DNA from: an uncultured Candidatus Saccharibacteria bacterium
Lineage (GTDB): Bacteria; Patescibacteriota; WWE3; UBA101185; UBA10185
Direction of reading: 5' to 3'
Assembly (NCBI GenBank): GCA_964567095.1
Contig: CAZMKN010000001.1
Span: forward strand, 11,675 to 75,674
Length of the DNA: 64,000 bases
The notes beneath the pieces were generated by a model. It was not told where the DNA came from and did not search any database. It was given only the letters and a program-made list of their open reading frames with translations. The translations under genes and the position numbers were made by a program. How positions within the stretch are numbered: the stretch's first letter is position 1; each line of letters starts with the position of its first letter. Positions 9,197 through 18,228 of this stretch are shown one piece after another.

Positions 9197-11588
9197 CAAC
9201 ACTTTGTATGTAGCGTTTTGGTTATTCATTTATACTATTATCCTTATTGGGGTTGTTTTAATTCTTCTATTGCTTTTCTTTAGGCGAAAGCGCAAAAAAG
9301 TTGAAGATTTAAACAAGTTTGATTTGACTTTCCTTTTGGTTAAGCTTCCCCCTGGAAATGAAATAGAAATTGAGGTAGCCGAGCAGTTTTTTACAAGCCT
9401 TTGCGGGTTTAGGAGGTCCTGGTTTAAAGCTTTGTGGAAGGGCCAGTATAGGATTTCCTTCGAGATTGTGGCTAAATCCTCTGGGATAGGGTTTTACGTA
9501 GTGATCCCGGATGAGTTGGCTCTAGCTGTTGAGAAGAAAATAAACGGTGCTTACCCTGATGCGGAAATAGATATTGTAGATCCAAATGAAGTTTGGGATA
9601 GAGGTGACTTTACGGACGTGGCGGAAATAAAACTTTCGGGCGCTCCCTACTATCCCATTCGAACATTTGAAGACCTTGCCTCCGATGCGCTGAGTTCAAT
9701 AACGGCATCTATGGGTAAGCTATCTGACACTGATGTTATAGCGCTGCAGTACATTATTAAGCCTGCCGGAGGAGGTTGGCGCCGACAGGGGAATGCCTTT
9801 TCTGCAGGGGTTCGCAAGAGAAGTTCGGATCCGGAAAAAGGTGTCGCCATTGATACATCTTTCCTTGAAGGCGTCGAAAAAAAGATTTCTAAGCTTGGTT
9901 TTGACGTTTCCATAAGGGTTGTTTCAATTGCTGAAAACAAGAGTATAGCTAAAGATCATATCCAAAACGTTGTCACGGCATTTGATCAGTTTACAAATGT
10001 AAAATATAACAAATTTAAAAAAGTTAATCCTAAGGCGCGACGCACTGTTACAAATTTCATTTACCGCAGCCTACCCCTTTTTAATTTAAGCGTTCCTATT
10101 TTGGATATTTCGCTTTTTCGTAACGTTTCAACCCTAAATACACAGGAGATGGCGACAATTTTTCACTTTCCTACCGGAGAAGTAAAAACTCCGGGAATAA
10201 TTTGGCTCCGAGCTCACAAAGCCCCATGTCCGGAAAACATTCCAACGGAAGGACTCTACCTTGGTAAGAATGTGTATCGTGGTATGGAAAAAAATGTACA
10301 CATGCTCGAAAAAGATCGTACACGACATTTTTACATTATTGGACAAACGGGTACCGGAAAATCCGAGTTTATGAAAACCTTGGCTCTGCAGGACATAGAA
10401 AACGGCGAGGGTTTAGCTTTTATCGATCCTCACGGAAGTGATATAGACGATATTTTGGAAAAAATCCCGGAACATAGGGCAGATGATGTTATCTTGTTTG
10501 ATGCCTCTGATGTTGAGCGCCCTTTAGGTCTTAATATTCTAGAAGCCCATTCCGGAGAGGAAAAGCACATGATTATTAATTCTTTCATCGCATTGCTGTA
10601 TAAGCTTTACGATCCAAATAGGCAGGGAATTATGGGTCCTCAACTAGAGCGTGCGATCAGAAACGTTATGTTAACGGCTATGGTTGATCCGGATAGTACT
10701 ATGGTGGATGTTTTGCGTTTATTAATTGACGATAAATATGCCCAAAGTTTCTTGCCTAAATTAGACGATCCGTTGGTTAGGCGTTACTGGACCGATGAAA
10801 TGGCTAACACAAGCGACTATCACAAGAGTGAGAAAATGGGTTATTTTGTTTCTAAATTTGACCGTTTTGTAACGGATAAAACTATGCGCAATATTTTGGG
10901 TCAGCCTCGCTCAGCGATAGATTTCCCCAGGATAATGGCGGAGAAAAAGATTCTGTTGGTGGATTTGTCTAAAGGGAAGATAGGGGAGGAAAACTCCAGC
11001 TTTATAGGGCTAATTTTGGTTCCAAGGATTTTACAGGCTGCTATGGGGCGGGCCTCAAGGCTTGGTAAAGAGGATTTCCCGAATTTTTATCTGTATGTCG
11101 ATGAGTTCCAAAACTTCGCAACCCCCGATTTTGCTACCATTCTTTCCGAAGCCCGTAAGTACAAGCTTAACTTGGTGGTTGCACATCAGTTTATTTCTCA
11201 GCTAACCGATGAAATAAAAGAAGCTGTTTTTGGGAATGTCGGTACTACAGCTGTTTTCAGGGTAGGGGCCGAGGACGCCGAATTCATAGAGAAGCAATTT
11301 GATCCGGTTTTTACTCAAAGTGATTTGATTAATCTGCCTATTGGAAGTTACTACACTCGGATTTTGATAGAAGGTCACCCTAGCCCACCCTTTTCTATGA
11401 AGGTTGATTGGGATATGGTGAACGAAGATAACGCAAAAAAGAATCAAGAACTCGCTCAAAAAATTCGGGAACATTCGAGAAATACCTATGGCGTGGCTCG
11501 AGCTGAAGTTGAGAAATATATAAATGAGCGCTCCAACTTTAACCCGGTTGTGGAGGTTCCTGCTTCTGGAAAGAAAATACCTTTTTAA
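9177..11588 (+). CDS. Membrane-anchored VirD4/TraG/HerA-like ATPase (CPR type)
   Basis: N-terminal TM, RHFYIIGQTGTGKS Walker A, FIDPHG, LYVDEFQNF Walker B, LSEARKY and AHQFISQL. Confidence 0.85.
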   Translation: MDLANLNNTLYVAFWLFIYTIILIGVVLILLLLFFRRKRKKVEDLNKFDLTFLLVKLPPGNEIEIEVAEQFFTSLCGFRRSWFKALWKGQYRISFEIVAKSSGIGFYVVIPDELALAVEKKINGAYPDAEIDIVDPNEVWDRGDFTDVAEIKLSGAPYYPIRTFEDLASDALSSITASMGKLSDTDVIALQYIIKPAGGGWRRQGNAFSAGVRKRSSDPEKGVAIDTSFLEGVEKKISKLGFDVSIRVVSIAENKSIAKDHIQNVVTAFDQFTNVKYNKFKKVNPKARRTVTNFIYRSLPLFNLSVPILDISLFRNVSTLNTQEMATIFHFPTGEVKTPGIIWLRAHKAPCPENIPTEGLYLGKNVYRGMEKNVHMLEKDRTRHFYIIGQTGTGKSEFMKTLALQDIENGEGLAFIDPHGSDIDDILEKIPEHRADDVILFDASDVERPLGLNILEAHSGEEKHMIINSFIALLYKLYDPNRQGIMGPQLERAIRNVMLTAMVDPDSTMVDVLRLLIDDKYAQSFLPKLDDPLVRRYWTDEMANTSDYHKSEKMGYFVSKFDRFVTDKTMRNILGQPRSAIDFPRIMAEKKILLVDLSKGKIGEENSSFIGLILVPRILQAAMGRASRLGKEDFPNFYLYVDEFQNFATPDFATILSEARKYKLNLVVAHQFISQLTDEIKEAVFGNVGTTAVFRVGAEDAEFIEKQFDPVFTQSDLINLPIGSYYTRILIEGHPSPPFSMKVDWDMVNEDNAKKNQELAQKIREHSRNTYGVARAEVEKYINERSNFNPVVEVPASGKKIPF

Positions 11589-11657
11589 ACAAGGTCCACC
11601 CTCTATGAGGACAGTCCCCTCAAAGGACAGCCCCCGTTTAATGTATAATTGAAACAA

Positions 11658-12887
11658 ATGTTAAGCCTGCCCTTTCTTAATCTTAAAAAGTCGAAAGATC
11701 TTGAAAACTCCTTTTTGGGCATCACCTTTGACTCTCTTCGAGTAAATGTAGTTTACTTTGAGATTTCTTCTGATGAATTAAATCCGATAGTTCAGGTCAA
11801 GTGCATTATTTCCCGTTTCATTGGGGAGAAAGTAGAAAACCTTTTCAAGGAATATTCAGATGACGCAGCTCTTATAGAAACGTTACGCGTGATTTTGACC
11901 GAACTTAGTGAAAAATTTCCTGATGTTTCAAATCAAGTAATATTTGGGCTTTCTGCTGACAAATGTATTGATTTAATGTCTATTGTTAGCCTGGAAAACT
12001 CTGTGAGACGGCGTTTTACAGAAGAACAGGTAGCAGAGCTTGATGAGCAAGCTTACAAAAACGCGTCTTTTAGGGCGCAAGATGCGCTCGCAACTCAAAC
12101 GGGCGATATGGAAAGTGATCTTGATCTCGTCACTTCGGTGGATGTTTTCAAAAAATTAGACGGGATAGTTACACGAGATCCTATTGGATTAGAGGGGGAA
12201 AAACTCGAACAAGCTTGGTTTGGAAGTTTTGTTCGACGAGCAGATCTCGAGAGGTTTAAGCAGATTGCCAAGAAACTTAATTTGAAAATACTAACTGTCT
12301 CATCGCTAAACTACGCTTTTTATACTTGTTTAACTCAACATGACCCAAAATATTCCAATTGTATTGTTGTGAATCTAGATAATGACTTAACGCAAGTTTC
12401 GGCGGCTTTCGGAGGTAGTATAGTAGGTTCTCGCTTCATAAATATAGGTTTGGTTTCCGTGCTTAACGAAATCAGCTCGCGGATGGGATTGTATCCTGAT
12501 GAAGCTTTAGAGGTCTTGGAAAAGTACAGGCAGGGAACTCTAGACTCATCATTGGCGCAGAGGGTCCAAAAGATTATCTATAGGTTTTTCGTGATTTGGT
12601 CGAAAGCGTTAGGTGAAGTGTTTTCCGACTTTAGTGGGATCAAGACTTTTTCGTCAAATGTAGTTTTGGTTGGTCCGGGATTTGACTTACCTGATCTGCA
12701 TATGTTCACTTCAAGCGAGCCTTGGTTTAAATCGATACCATTTAAGGCGCCTCCAAACTTTGAAAAGGGTCTCGCATCGGATAAAATAACTAAAGTTTCT
12801 GATTTAACAGGGAAAGCTTCCCTTTCAGCGTGGAGTCTGCCAATATCATTGTCAGGCGTCTACGTAAGAATGAAGGATACCTCGTAA
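11658..12887 (+). CDS. FtsA/PilM-like actin-fold protein (divergent)
   Basis: 412-aa ORF with a layout like cell-division FtsA (LDG..TRDPIGLEG, IVVNL...TQVS, VLVGPG); TGTATAAT box 8 nt before ATG 11658. Confidence 0.6.
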   Translation: MLSLPFLNLKKSKDLENSFLGITFDSLRVNVVYFEISSDELNPIVQVKCIISRFIGEKVENLFKEYSDDAALIETLRVILTELSEKFPDVSNQVIFGLSADKCIDLMSIVSLENSVRRRFTEEQVAELDEQAYKNASFRAQDALATQTGDMESDLDLVTSVDVFKKLDGIVTRDPIGLEGEKLEQAWFGSFVRRADLERFKQIAKKLNLKILTVSSLNYAFYTCLTQHDPKYSNCIVVNLDNDLTQVSAAFGGSIVGSRFINIGLVSVLNEISSRMGLYPDEALEVLEKYRQGTLDSSLAQRVQKIIYRFFVIWSKALGEVFSDFSGIKTFSSNVVLVGPGFDLPDLHMFTSSEPWFKSIPFKAPPNFEKGLASDKITKVSDLTGKASLSAWSLPISLSGVYVRMKDTS

Positions 12888-14437
12888 TGGTTTATACAGT
12901 GAATAAAACAAAGGATATCTATACAATACTAGCAGAACTTGCTGTTCGAGCGGAAAAAGATTTGGAAATTTTCATACCGTCTGGATCGTTGCTCTTGAAG
13001 GATAAATTGAACCTAGAATTTTTGGCTAAAAGTTTAGAGAAATTGGGCAAGACTGCTAGGTTTGGTACAGATGACCCGAATGGCAAAGAACTTTTGGATA
13101 GTCTTAACTTGGCTAGAGCAGAATTTGGTAGTACCTTAGACGCTGGTGCCTCCGGTGAAAGATCCCATCGTATGTTTCCGCGAAAACTTAAATTTTTCGT
13201 GTCAAATACCTTCTCGCGCCTGAAAGACCTATCTAAACTGAAAAAGCCGAACATTTCACTAAGGATAAACCTCGCATTATTAGGGGCCTTCATTCTGGTT
13301 CTCGCGGGATTGATTTACGGAGGTTACCGTTACATTTCCTCTCAAAAGGCTTACATAAAAATTTACACAAAATCAGAGCCCTTAGCTAGAAGTATTACTA
13401 TTAGGGTTGATTCCAACAGTAGCACTAATATAGATGAGAAAATATTGGAAGGTACGGATATTTCCACGAGTATTTTTGACACGAAGGAAATCGAAACGAC
13501 GGGAGAGAAAGAAAAGGGCGATTATGCTGAAGGAGAGATCATAATTTATAATTACACTAAGGAGGAGATTAAATTAGATGAGGGAGAAAAAGTTTATTTT
13601 AAGGATGATGATTTAGAATTCAAGCTCACGGATGATGTAACTGTAGATCCAGCAACTTACGAGGTACAGGAAGACCCTCCTGTAACACCTGGGGAAACGA
13701 AGGCCTCTGTCAAAGCCTTGGAATATGGGGATGATTACAATATTGGAGGAAGCAAGACTTTGAAATTTGATGATTACGATGATTTCGATTTAACAGCTAA
13801 ATCCAAAAATAAATTTGAGGGTGGAAAAACGGAAACCGTTATGGTGGTTTCCGAGGAAGACATTGAAAAGCTAAAAGAGGATATAGCAACCATTTTAACA
13901 GTACAGTCAACCCAAGCGATAAATGATGTTGTCCCATCGGATTACAAACTGATTAAAGGTTCTATAACCACTCTCTTAGGAGATCCTGAGTTAAGTGCGG
14001 AGGTTGGGGAAGAGGAGACTGAGGTGAATATAAAGCAGGTGCTGACCGTATTTGGTTTAGCCTATTCCGAAAAGAAACTGGATCAGCTCATTATGAAGGT
14101 TGTTGGCGACTATGTCCCGGAGGAATATGCTCTCGCAGGTACTAAGCACACGTTAAGCGTTGAAGTATTGGGGGCTACTGAGGATACAGTTCTTAGTGAC
14201 AGCGCCGCGGATCTTCAGGTTACAGTTAAAACATCCGTGATTCCGGAAATAAACATCAGTTCTTTAAAAGAATCCCTGAAAGGTATGTCCGTGGGAGAGT
14301 TGCAGAGGGAGTTAGGAGGTATGTCAAATATAACAACATATGAGTTTAATTTATCGCCGATTGTTCCATTGAAGAAAAAAGTACCCAATGACGTAGAAAA
14401 AATCTTAATTGAGGTTCTAGAGGGCTCTAATGACTAA
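12887..14437 (+). CDS. Single-pass membrane protein with baseplate J/gp47-like extracellular domain
   Basis: One TM, then AEGEIIIYN, A...GDDYNI and F.GG....V.VVSEEDI segments typical of CPR baseplate-J-like proteins. ATG overlaps the upstream stop (TAATG). Confidence 0.6.
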   Translation: MVYTVNKTKDIYTILAELAVRAEKDLEIFIPSGSLLLKDKLNLEFLAKSLEKLGKTARFGTDDPNGKELLDSLNLARAEFGSTLDAGASGERSHRMFPRKLKFFVSNTFSRLKDLSKLKKPNISLRINLALLGAFILVLAGLIYGGYRYISSQKAYIKIYTKSEPLARSITIRVDSNSSTNIDEKILEGTDISTSIFDTKEIETTGEKEKGDYAEGEIIIYNYTKEEIKLDEGEKVYFKDDDLEFKLTDDVTVDPATYEVQEDPPVTPGETKASVKALEYGDDYNIGGSKTLKFDDYDDFDLTAKSKNKFEGGKTETVMVVSEEDIEKLKEDIATILTVQSTQAINDVVPSDYKLIKGSITTLLGDPELSAEVGEEETEVNIKQVLTVFGLAYSEKKLDQLIMKVVGDYVPEEYALAGTKHTLSVEVLGATEDTVLSDSAADLQVTVKTSVIPEINISSLKESLKGMSVGELQRELGGMSNITTYEFNLSPIVPLKKKVPNDVEKILIEVLEGSND

Positions 14438-14843
14438 AGAAAAGGGTATTCTGGGTATAGATTATGGCGAAACTAACATAGGATTGGCATTTGGTAGAGC
14501 AGGAGAGGTTTTACCGCTAAAGATTATTTCCGGAAAAAACCCACATACCGCAATTTCTGTGATTGGTCGTACTATTATTGAGTATGATGCTAAAACCATA
14601 ATTGTAGGACTTCCATTAACAATGGAAAACAAAGAAACACCGAAATCTCTTAAAGTACGTAGGTTCGTTAAATTATTGAAAGTCAAAATAAAAAAACCCG
14701 TTGTTTTTGTAAACGAGCACTCGACATCTAAAGACGCTACTAAAATAATGTTAAGCATGGGCGTTTCACAAAAACGTAGGCGCTTGAAAGATCATTACTC
14801 TGCCGCATTAATTTTGAAAAAATACTATAGAGAAAAAGAGTAA
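14430..14843 (+). CDS. ruvX: YqgF/RuvX family RNase H-fold nuclease (pre-16S rRNA maturation)
   Basis: ILGIDYG..IGLA, VGLP, NEHSTS and D..SAALIL motifs. Confidence 0.9.
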   Translation: MTKEKGILGIDYGETNIGLAFGRAGEVLPLKIISGKNPHTAISVIGRTIIEYDAKTIIVGLPLTMENKETPKSLKVRRFVKLLKVKIKKPVVFVNEHSTSKDATKIMLSMGVSQKRRRLKDHYSAALILKKYYREKE

Positions 14844-14846
14844 CCG

Positions 14847-15128
14847 TTACTCTTCTTTTTTGCTTTCATCAAACGTTAATTTCACATTTTTATTTCCACA
14901 CTTCATGCATTGAAAGTTTTCCCCGGGGGTTAGGCATTGCGGACACATATAAACCCCCTCTTTGTAGATAAGTTTATCGCTTTCGCACACATTGCAGGTA
15001 AAAATTACATCATCTTGAGTTATAACTTCACAATCTGGACACGTGAACATCGCGCTTGGACTTCCTAGAACTTCCTCCTCTTCGCTCGTTTCTTTTTCTA
15101 GTTCTTTTAGGACTTTGATTTTTACCAT
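14847..15128 (-). CDS. Small zinc-ribbon protein
   Basis: Four CxxC pairs (CPDC, CNVC, CPQC, CMKC); TAAGCT box 6 nt before ATG. Confidence 0.7.
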   Translation of the reverse strand: MVKIKVLKELEKETSEEEEVLGSPSAMFTCPDCEVITQDDVIFTCNVCESDKLIYKEGVYMCPQCLTPGENFQCMKCGNKNVKLTFDESKKEE

Positions 15129-15150
15129 AACTTTAGCTTACCTAAAAATT

Positions 15151-15179
15151 TTGACGTGTTCAATATGCTTTGTTAATCT
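15151..15179 (+). promoter_or_regulatory. Sigma70-type promoter
   Basis: TTGACG, 17-nt spacer, TAATCT with extended TG. Confidence 0.6.
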
Positions 15180-15191
15180 TAGGATACACAA

Positions 15192-15365
15192 ATGTTAATG
15201 GTTCTTTTATATATATATTTAAGTTTTGGGTTTATATACGCTTTTTATGTAACCTTCTGGGGAGGGGGTCGTTGGTATATGTTTCCAATTAATATTTTAG
15301 GAGGTCCCGTAGTTGCTTTGATCATTATTTTTAAGAGCTTAGCCCGCAAAGATTTTCATGTTTAA
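15192..15365 (+). CDS. 57-aa hydrophobic membrane protein (not in the ORF track)
   Basis: MLMVLLYIYLSFGFIYAFYVTFWGGGRWYMFPINILGGPVVALIIIFKSLARKDFHV*. AGGA and a promoter lie upstream; the stop overlaps the HAD gene start. Confidence 0.6.
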   Translation: MLMVLLYIYLSFGFIYAFYVTFWGGGRWYMFPINILGGPVVALIIIFKSLARKDFHV

Positions 15366-16122
15366 GCAAATTTTCGAAGGAAAAGAAGCAGTAGTTTTTG
15401 ATCTAGATGGTACGCTTGTCGACTCAAAGCCCTTATGGAACACGGCTTGTACAGAAGTTGCTCAGAATCTTGGGTTTGAGTGGCGTGGTTCCGCATTTCT
15501 GGGAGGGCAAGGTTTACGCAGCACCTGGAGTGAGTATTTAAGGTACGCTGATATTAACCCGGGGGTCTCAATAAGTGAGCTTGTCAAACAAACTAAAGAT
15601 AAATTTCTGAAGAGATTAGCTTCCGCGGATTTGGAGTTATTGGATGGTTTTTGGCATTTTATGTTGATGCTCAAGGATGAGCGTAATTTTAAGCTTGGCT
15701 TGGTTACAAATACTGATAAGGACGTAGGCCAAAAAGTCCTTCAAGAGTTAGGTGTCAGCAACGTTTTCGATATCGCTTTGTTTGGGGACGATGTCAAAAA
15801 GAAAAAGCCTAACCCGGAAATTTACAAATTGGCGTGTAAAAAACTTGGTATAAAGCCCCACAAAATTTTGGTTTTCGAAGATTCTCCGGAAGGTGTTAAG
15901 GCTGCTGTAAAGGCTAAAATGCCCGTGGTTGCTATTTGGAACCCCTCAAGCCCGCCAAAAAAGGAATACTCGACTAATGTTTTGTTATTTGTTGAAGATT
16001 TCTCTGTATTTCCGGGAAACTTGGATAAAACCTACAAGGAGTCATTGTTGCAGGAAACTTCAGAGGAGATAAGTGAGTCTGTCGAAACGGAAGAAAAAAC
16101 TTCCGCAGAAGAGTTAAAATAG
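15358..16122 (+). CDS. HAD-superfamily phosphatase (beta-PGM/CbbY-like)
   Basis: FDLDGTLVDS motif I, LVTN motif II, KPNPEIY and VFEDS. Confidence 0.9.
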   Translation: MFKQIFEGKEAVVFDLDGTLVDSKPLWNTACTEVAQNLGFEWRGSAFLGGQGLRSTWSEYLRYADINPGVSISELVKQTKDKFLKRLASADLELLDGFWHFMLMLKDERNFKLGLVTNTDKDVGQKVLQELGVSNVFDIALFGDDVKKKKPNPEIYKLACKKLGIKPHKILVFEDSPEGVKAAVKAKMPVVAIWNPSSPPKKEYSTNVLLFVEDFSVFPGNLDKTYKESLLQETSEEISESVETEEKTSAEELK

Positions 16123-16154
16123 GCACTTCTACCCATACTTGGTATAATCTGCGC

Positions 16155-17312
16155 ATGCGTTCTGTTCGCCCCCCGAAAAAATATTATATTGAAACCTTTG
16201 GATGTCAGGCTAACGAGGCCGACTCAAATAAGTTAGAGGGGATTTTGGAAGCCGCGGGATTAGAAAAATCCGTTTGTTTAGAGAGAGCGGATATCTTCAT
16301 AATAAATTCTTGCTCAGTCCGACAAAAAAGTGAAGATAAAGTGTATGGTTTAGCCAGAAAACTGAAAACTCTTTCCAAGAAACCTTTTGTAGTTCTAGGT
16401 GGTTGTATGGTGGGGAGCGTTCAAGGTTCTAGAGTTTTGTATCCTTTCGAAGAGCTTAAAAAGCGAACATCTTGGATCGATCTTTACTTAAATTCTGATG
16501 ACTTGCCCACATTGCCAAAGTATCTTGTAAAGGAGGGTTTTGTTGATACATATTTTCCTTTGGATTTGGAGGATAAAGGTTATATTCCTGATGATAGGTC
16601 AAGGGGATATATAAACATTTCATACGGCTGTGACAATTTCTGTACTTATTGTGTTGTTCCGTATGCCAGAGGACCCGAAATTTCACGTAGCAAAGAAGAT
16701 ATCCTGAGAAATGTTAAGTACCTTTTAGACAAAGGTATTACTGAAATAACTTTGTGTGGGCAGAACGTAAATTCTTGGGGTCTTTCTCCTGAACAAAAGC
16801 GAAAGATTAGGATAGGGGACGACACTAAGCTTCCTTTTGCCGATTTGCTCCGAGAAATTCACGATCTTGCGGGAATTAAACTACTTTCGTTTATTTCCTC
16901 AAATCCCTTCGATTTTACTCAGGATTTAATTTCCGTTTTGGGATTACCAAAAATTGATAATTACCTGCATATCGCAGCCCAATCAGGAAATAACGACGTT
17001 CTTGCTCGGATGAATAGGCGCTACACGATCGAAGGATTTTATGACCTTATTGATAGAGTTAAAAAAGCTAAACCCAACGTAAGATTAGGCACAGACATTA
17101 TTGTAGGGTTTCCTGGTGAAACGCGCGGTCAATTTATGGATACCACCAATCTTTTTCAGAAAGTTCACTTTAAGGTGGCCTTTATTTCCATGTATTCGGA
17201 GCGTGTAGGAACTGCCGCTCAAAGGACGTATAAAGATGACGTTTCCTTGCAAGAGAAGAAATGGCGCCACGCTTATTTAACTAGTGTTTGGAAAGAAAGC
17301 CTTAAACAATGA
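16155..17312 (+). CDS. miaB: tRNA-i6A37 methylthiotransferase MiaB (no TRAM domain)
   Basis: TFGCQAN, NSCSVRQ and GGC UPF0004 cysteines; radical SAM GCDNFCTYC; GQNVN; DIIVGFPGET; coupled to miaA. Confidence 0.88.
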   Translation: MRSVRPPKKYYIETFGCQANEADSNKLEGILEAAGLEKSVCLERADIFIINSCSVRQKSEDKVYGLARKLKTLSKKPFVVLGGCMVGSVQGSRVLYPFEELKKRTSWIDLYLNSDDLPTLPKYLVKEGFVDTYFPLDLEDKGYIPDDRSRGYINISYGCDNFCTYCVVPYARGPEISRSKEDILRNVKYLLDKGITEITLCGQNVNSWGLSPEQKRKIRIGDDTKLPFADLLREIHDLAGIKLLSFISSNPFDFTQDLISVLGLPKIDNYLHIAAQSGNNDVLARMNRRYTIEGFYDLIDRVKKAKPNVRLGTDIIVGFPGETRGQFMDTTNLFQKVHFKVAFISMYSERVGTAAQRTYKDDVSLQEKKWRHAYLTSVWKESLKQ

Positions 17313-18226
17313 AAATCCCCGTAATTTTAGGGCCTACTTCCTCTGGTAAAACCGGGTTAGGCTTGAGACTTTGCAAGGAGTTTAACGGGGAAATTATTTC
17401 GGCCGATTCTCGGCAGATCTATAAGTTTATGGATATTGGTACAGGTAAAATTCCTGTCAATAAGGAGGTAGATGTTGAGAGAAATGATGCCTTTTGGATT
17501 TTAGAGGGCGTGAGAGTGTGGGGATACGATTTAATAACACCCGATAAAGATTTTTCCGCCTATGATTTCATACAATTTGGTCTTCCCGTGGCTAAAGCTT
17601 TAGCAGAGAAGTCTAAGATGCCTTTTTTAGTTGGAGGTACTGGTTTATATATTGATTTTTTTACGCACAGGATTAAAGATTCCGGAGGTCCTTCTGACTT
17701 GAAATTGCGCAAAGACTTGGAGAAAAAACCTCTCAAAAGTTTGCAAGATAATGTAACGTCGTTAAACATAGAACTTAATAATTCGGAGTTTAATAACAAA
17801 CAGCGCTTGGTTAGAGTTTTAGAGCGAAATTTGACAACAAAATCCCCTACCCCACTTCCCTACCTTGAAGATGCCGAGTTTGTGTTTATAGGTTTGACGG
17901 CTTCCAGAGATTTTCTTTACGAGCGTGTTGATAGCTGGGTAGATTCCATTTGGAAAGATGACGCAATTGTTGCAGAAGTTTTAGATTTGATTTCTCGTGG
18001 CTACGAAGACAGTTCCAGACTTTCCGGCTTAATTTACGGAAATGCCAAAGATTTCTTGGGGAGTGGAAAGTCCCTTACCGAAGCGATACAAAAAACAAAA
18101 TTTGAATTGCATGCATACATTCGACGACAACAAACCTATTTTAAGAGAAACGAGTCCGTTGAGTGGTTCGATGTAGGACAAGACAACCTAGCCGAAAACA
18201 TTTATAATTACATCACGAACTTTTAG
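17309..18226 (+). CDS. miaA: tRNA dimethylallyltransferase MiaA
   Basis: GPTSSGKT, ISADSRQIY..MDIGTGK, VGGTGLY and Y.RRQ.TYF motifs. Confidence 0.95.
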   Translation: MKIPVILGPTSSGKTGLGLRLCKEFNGEIISADSRQIYKFMDIGTGKIPVNKEVDVERNDAFWILEGVRVWGYDLITPDKDFSAYDFIQFGLPVAKALAEKSKMPFLVGGTGLYIDFFTHRIKDSGGPSDLKLRKDLEKKPLKSLQDNVTSLNIELNNSEFNNKQRLVRVLERNLTTKSPTPLPYLEDAEFVFIGLTASRDFLYERVDSWVDSIWKDDAIVAEVLDLISRGYEDSSRLSGLIYGNAKDFLGSGKSLTEAIQKTKFELHAYIRRQQTYFKRNESVEWFDVGQDNLAENIYNYITNF

Positions 18227-18228
18227 CT

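Noticed and set aside
9177-11588. Conjugative element (ICE)
   Set aside because: No relaxase, mating-pair genes, integrase or att sites nearby.
12887-14437. Prophage or contractile injection system
   Set aside because: Lone TM-anchored baseplate-J-like gene with no sheath, tube, capsid or terminase genes.
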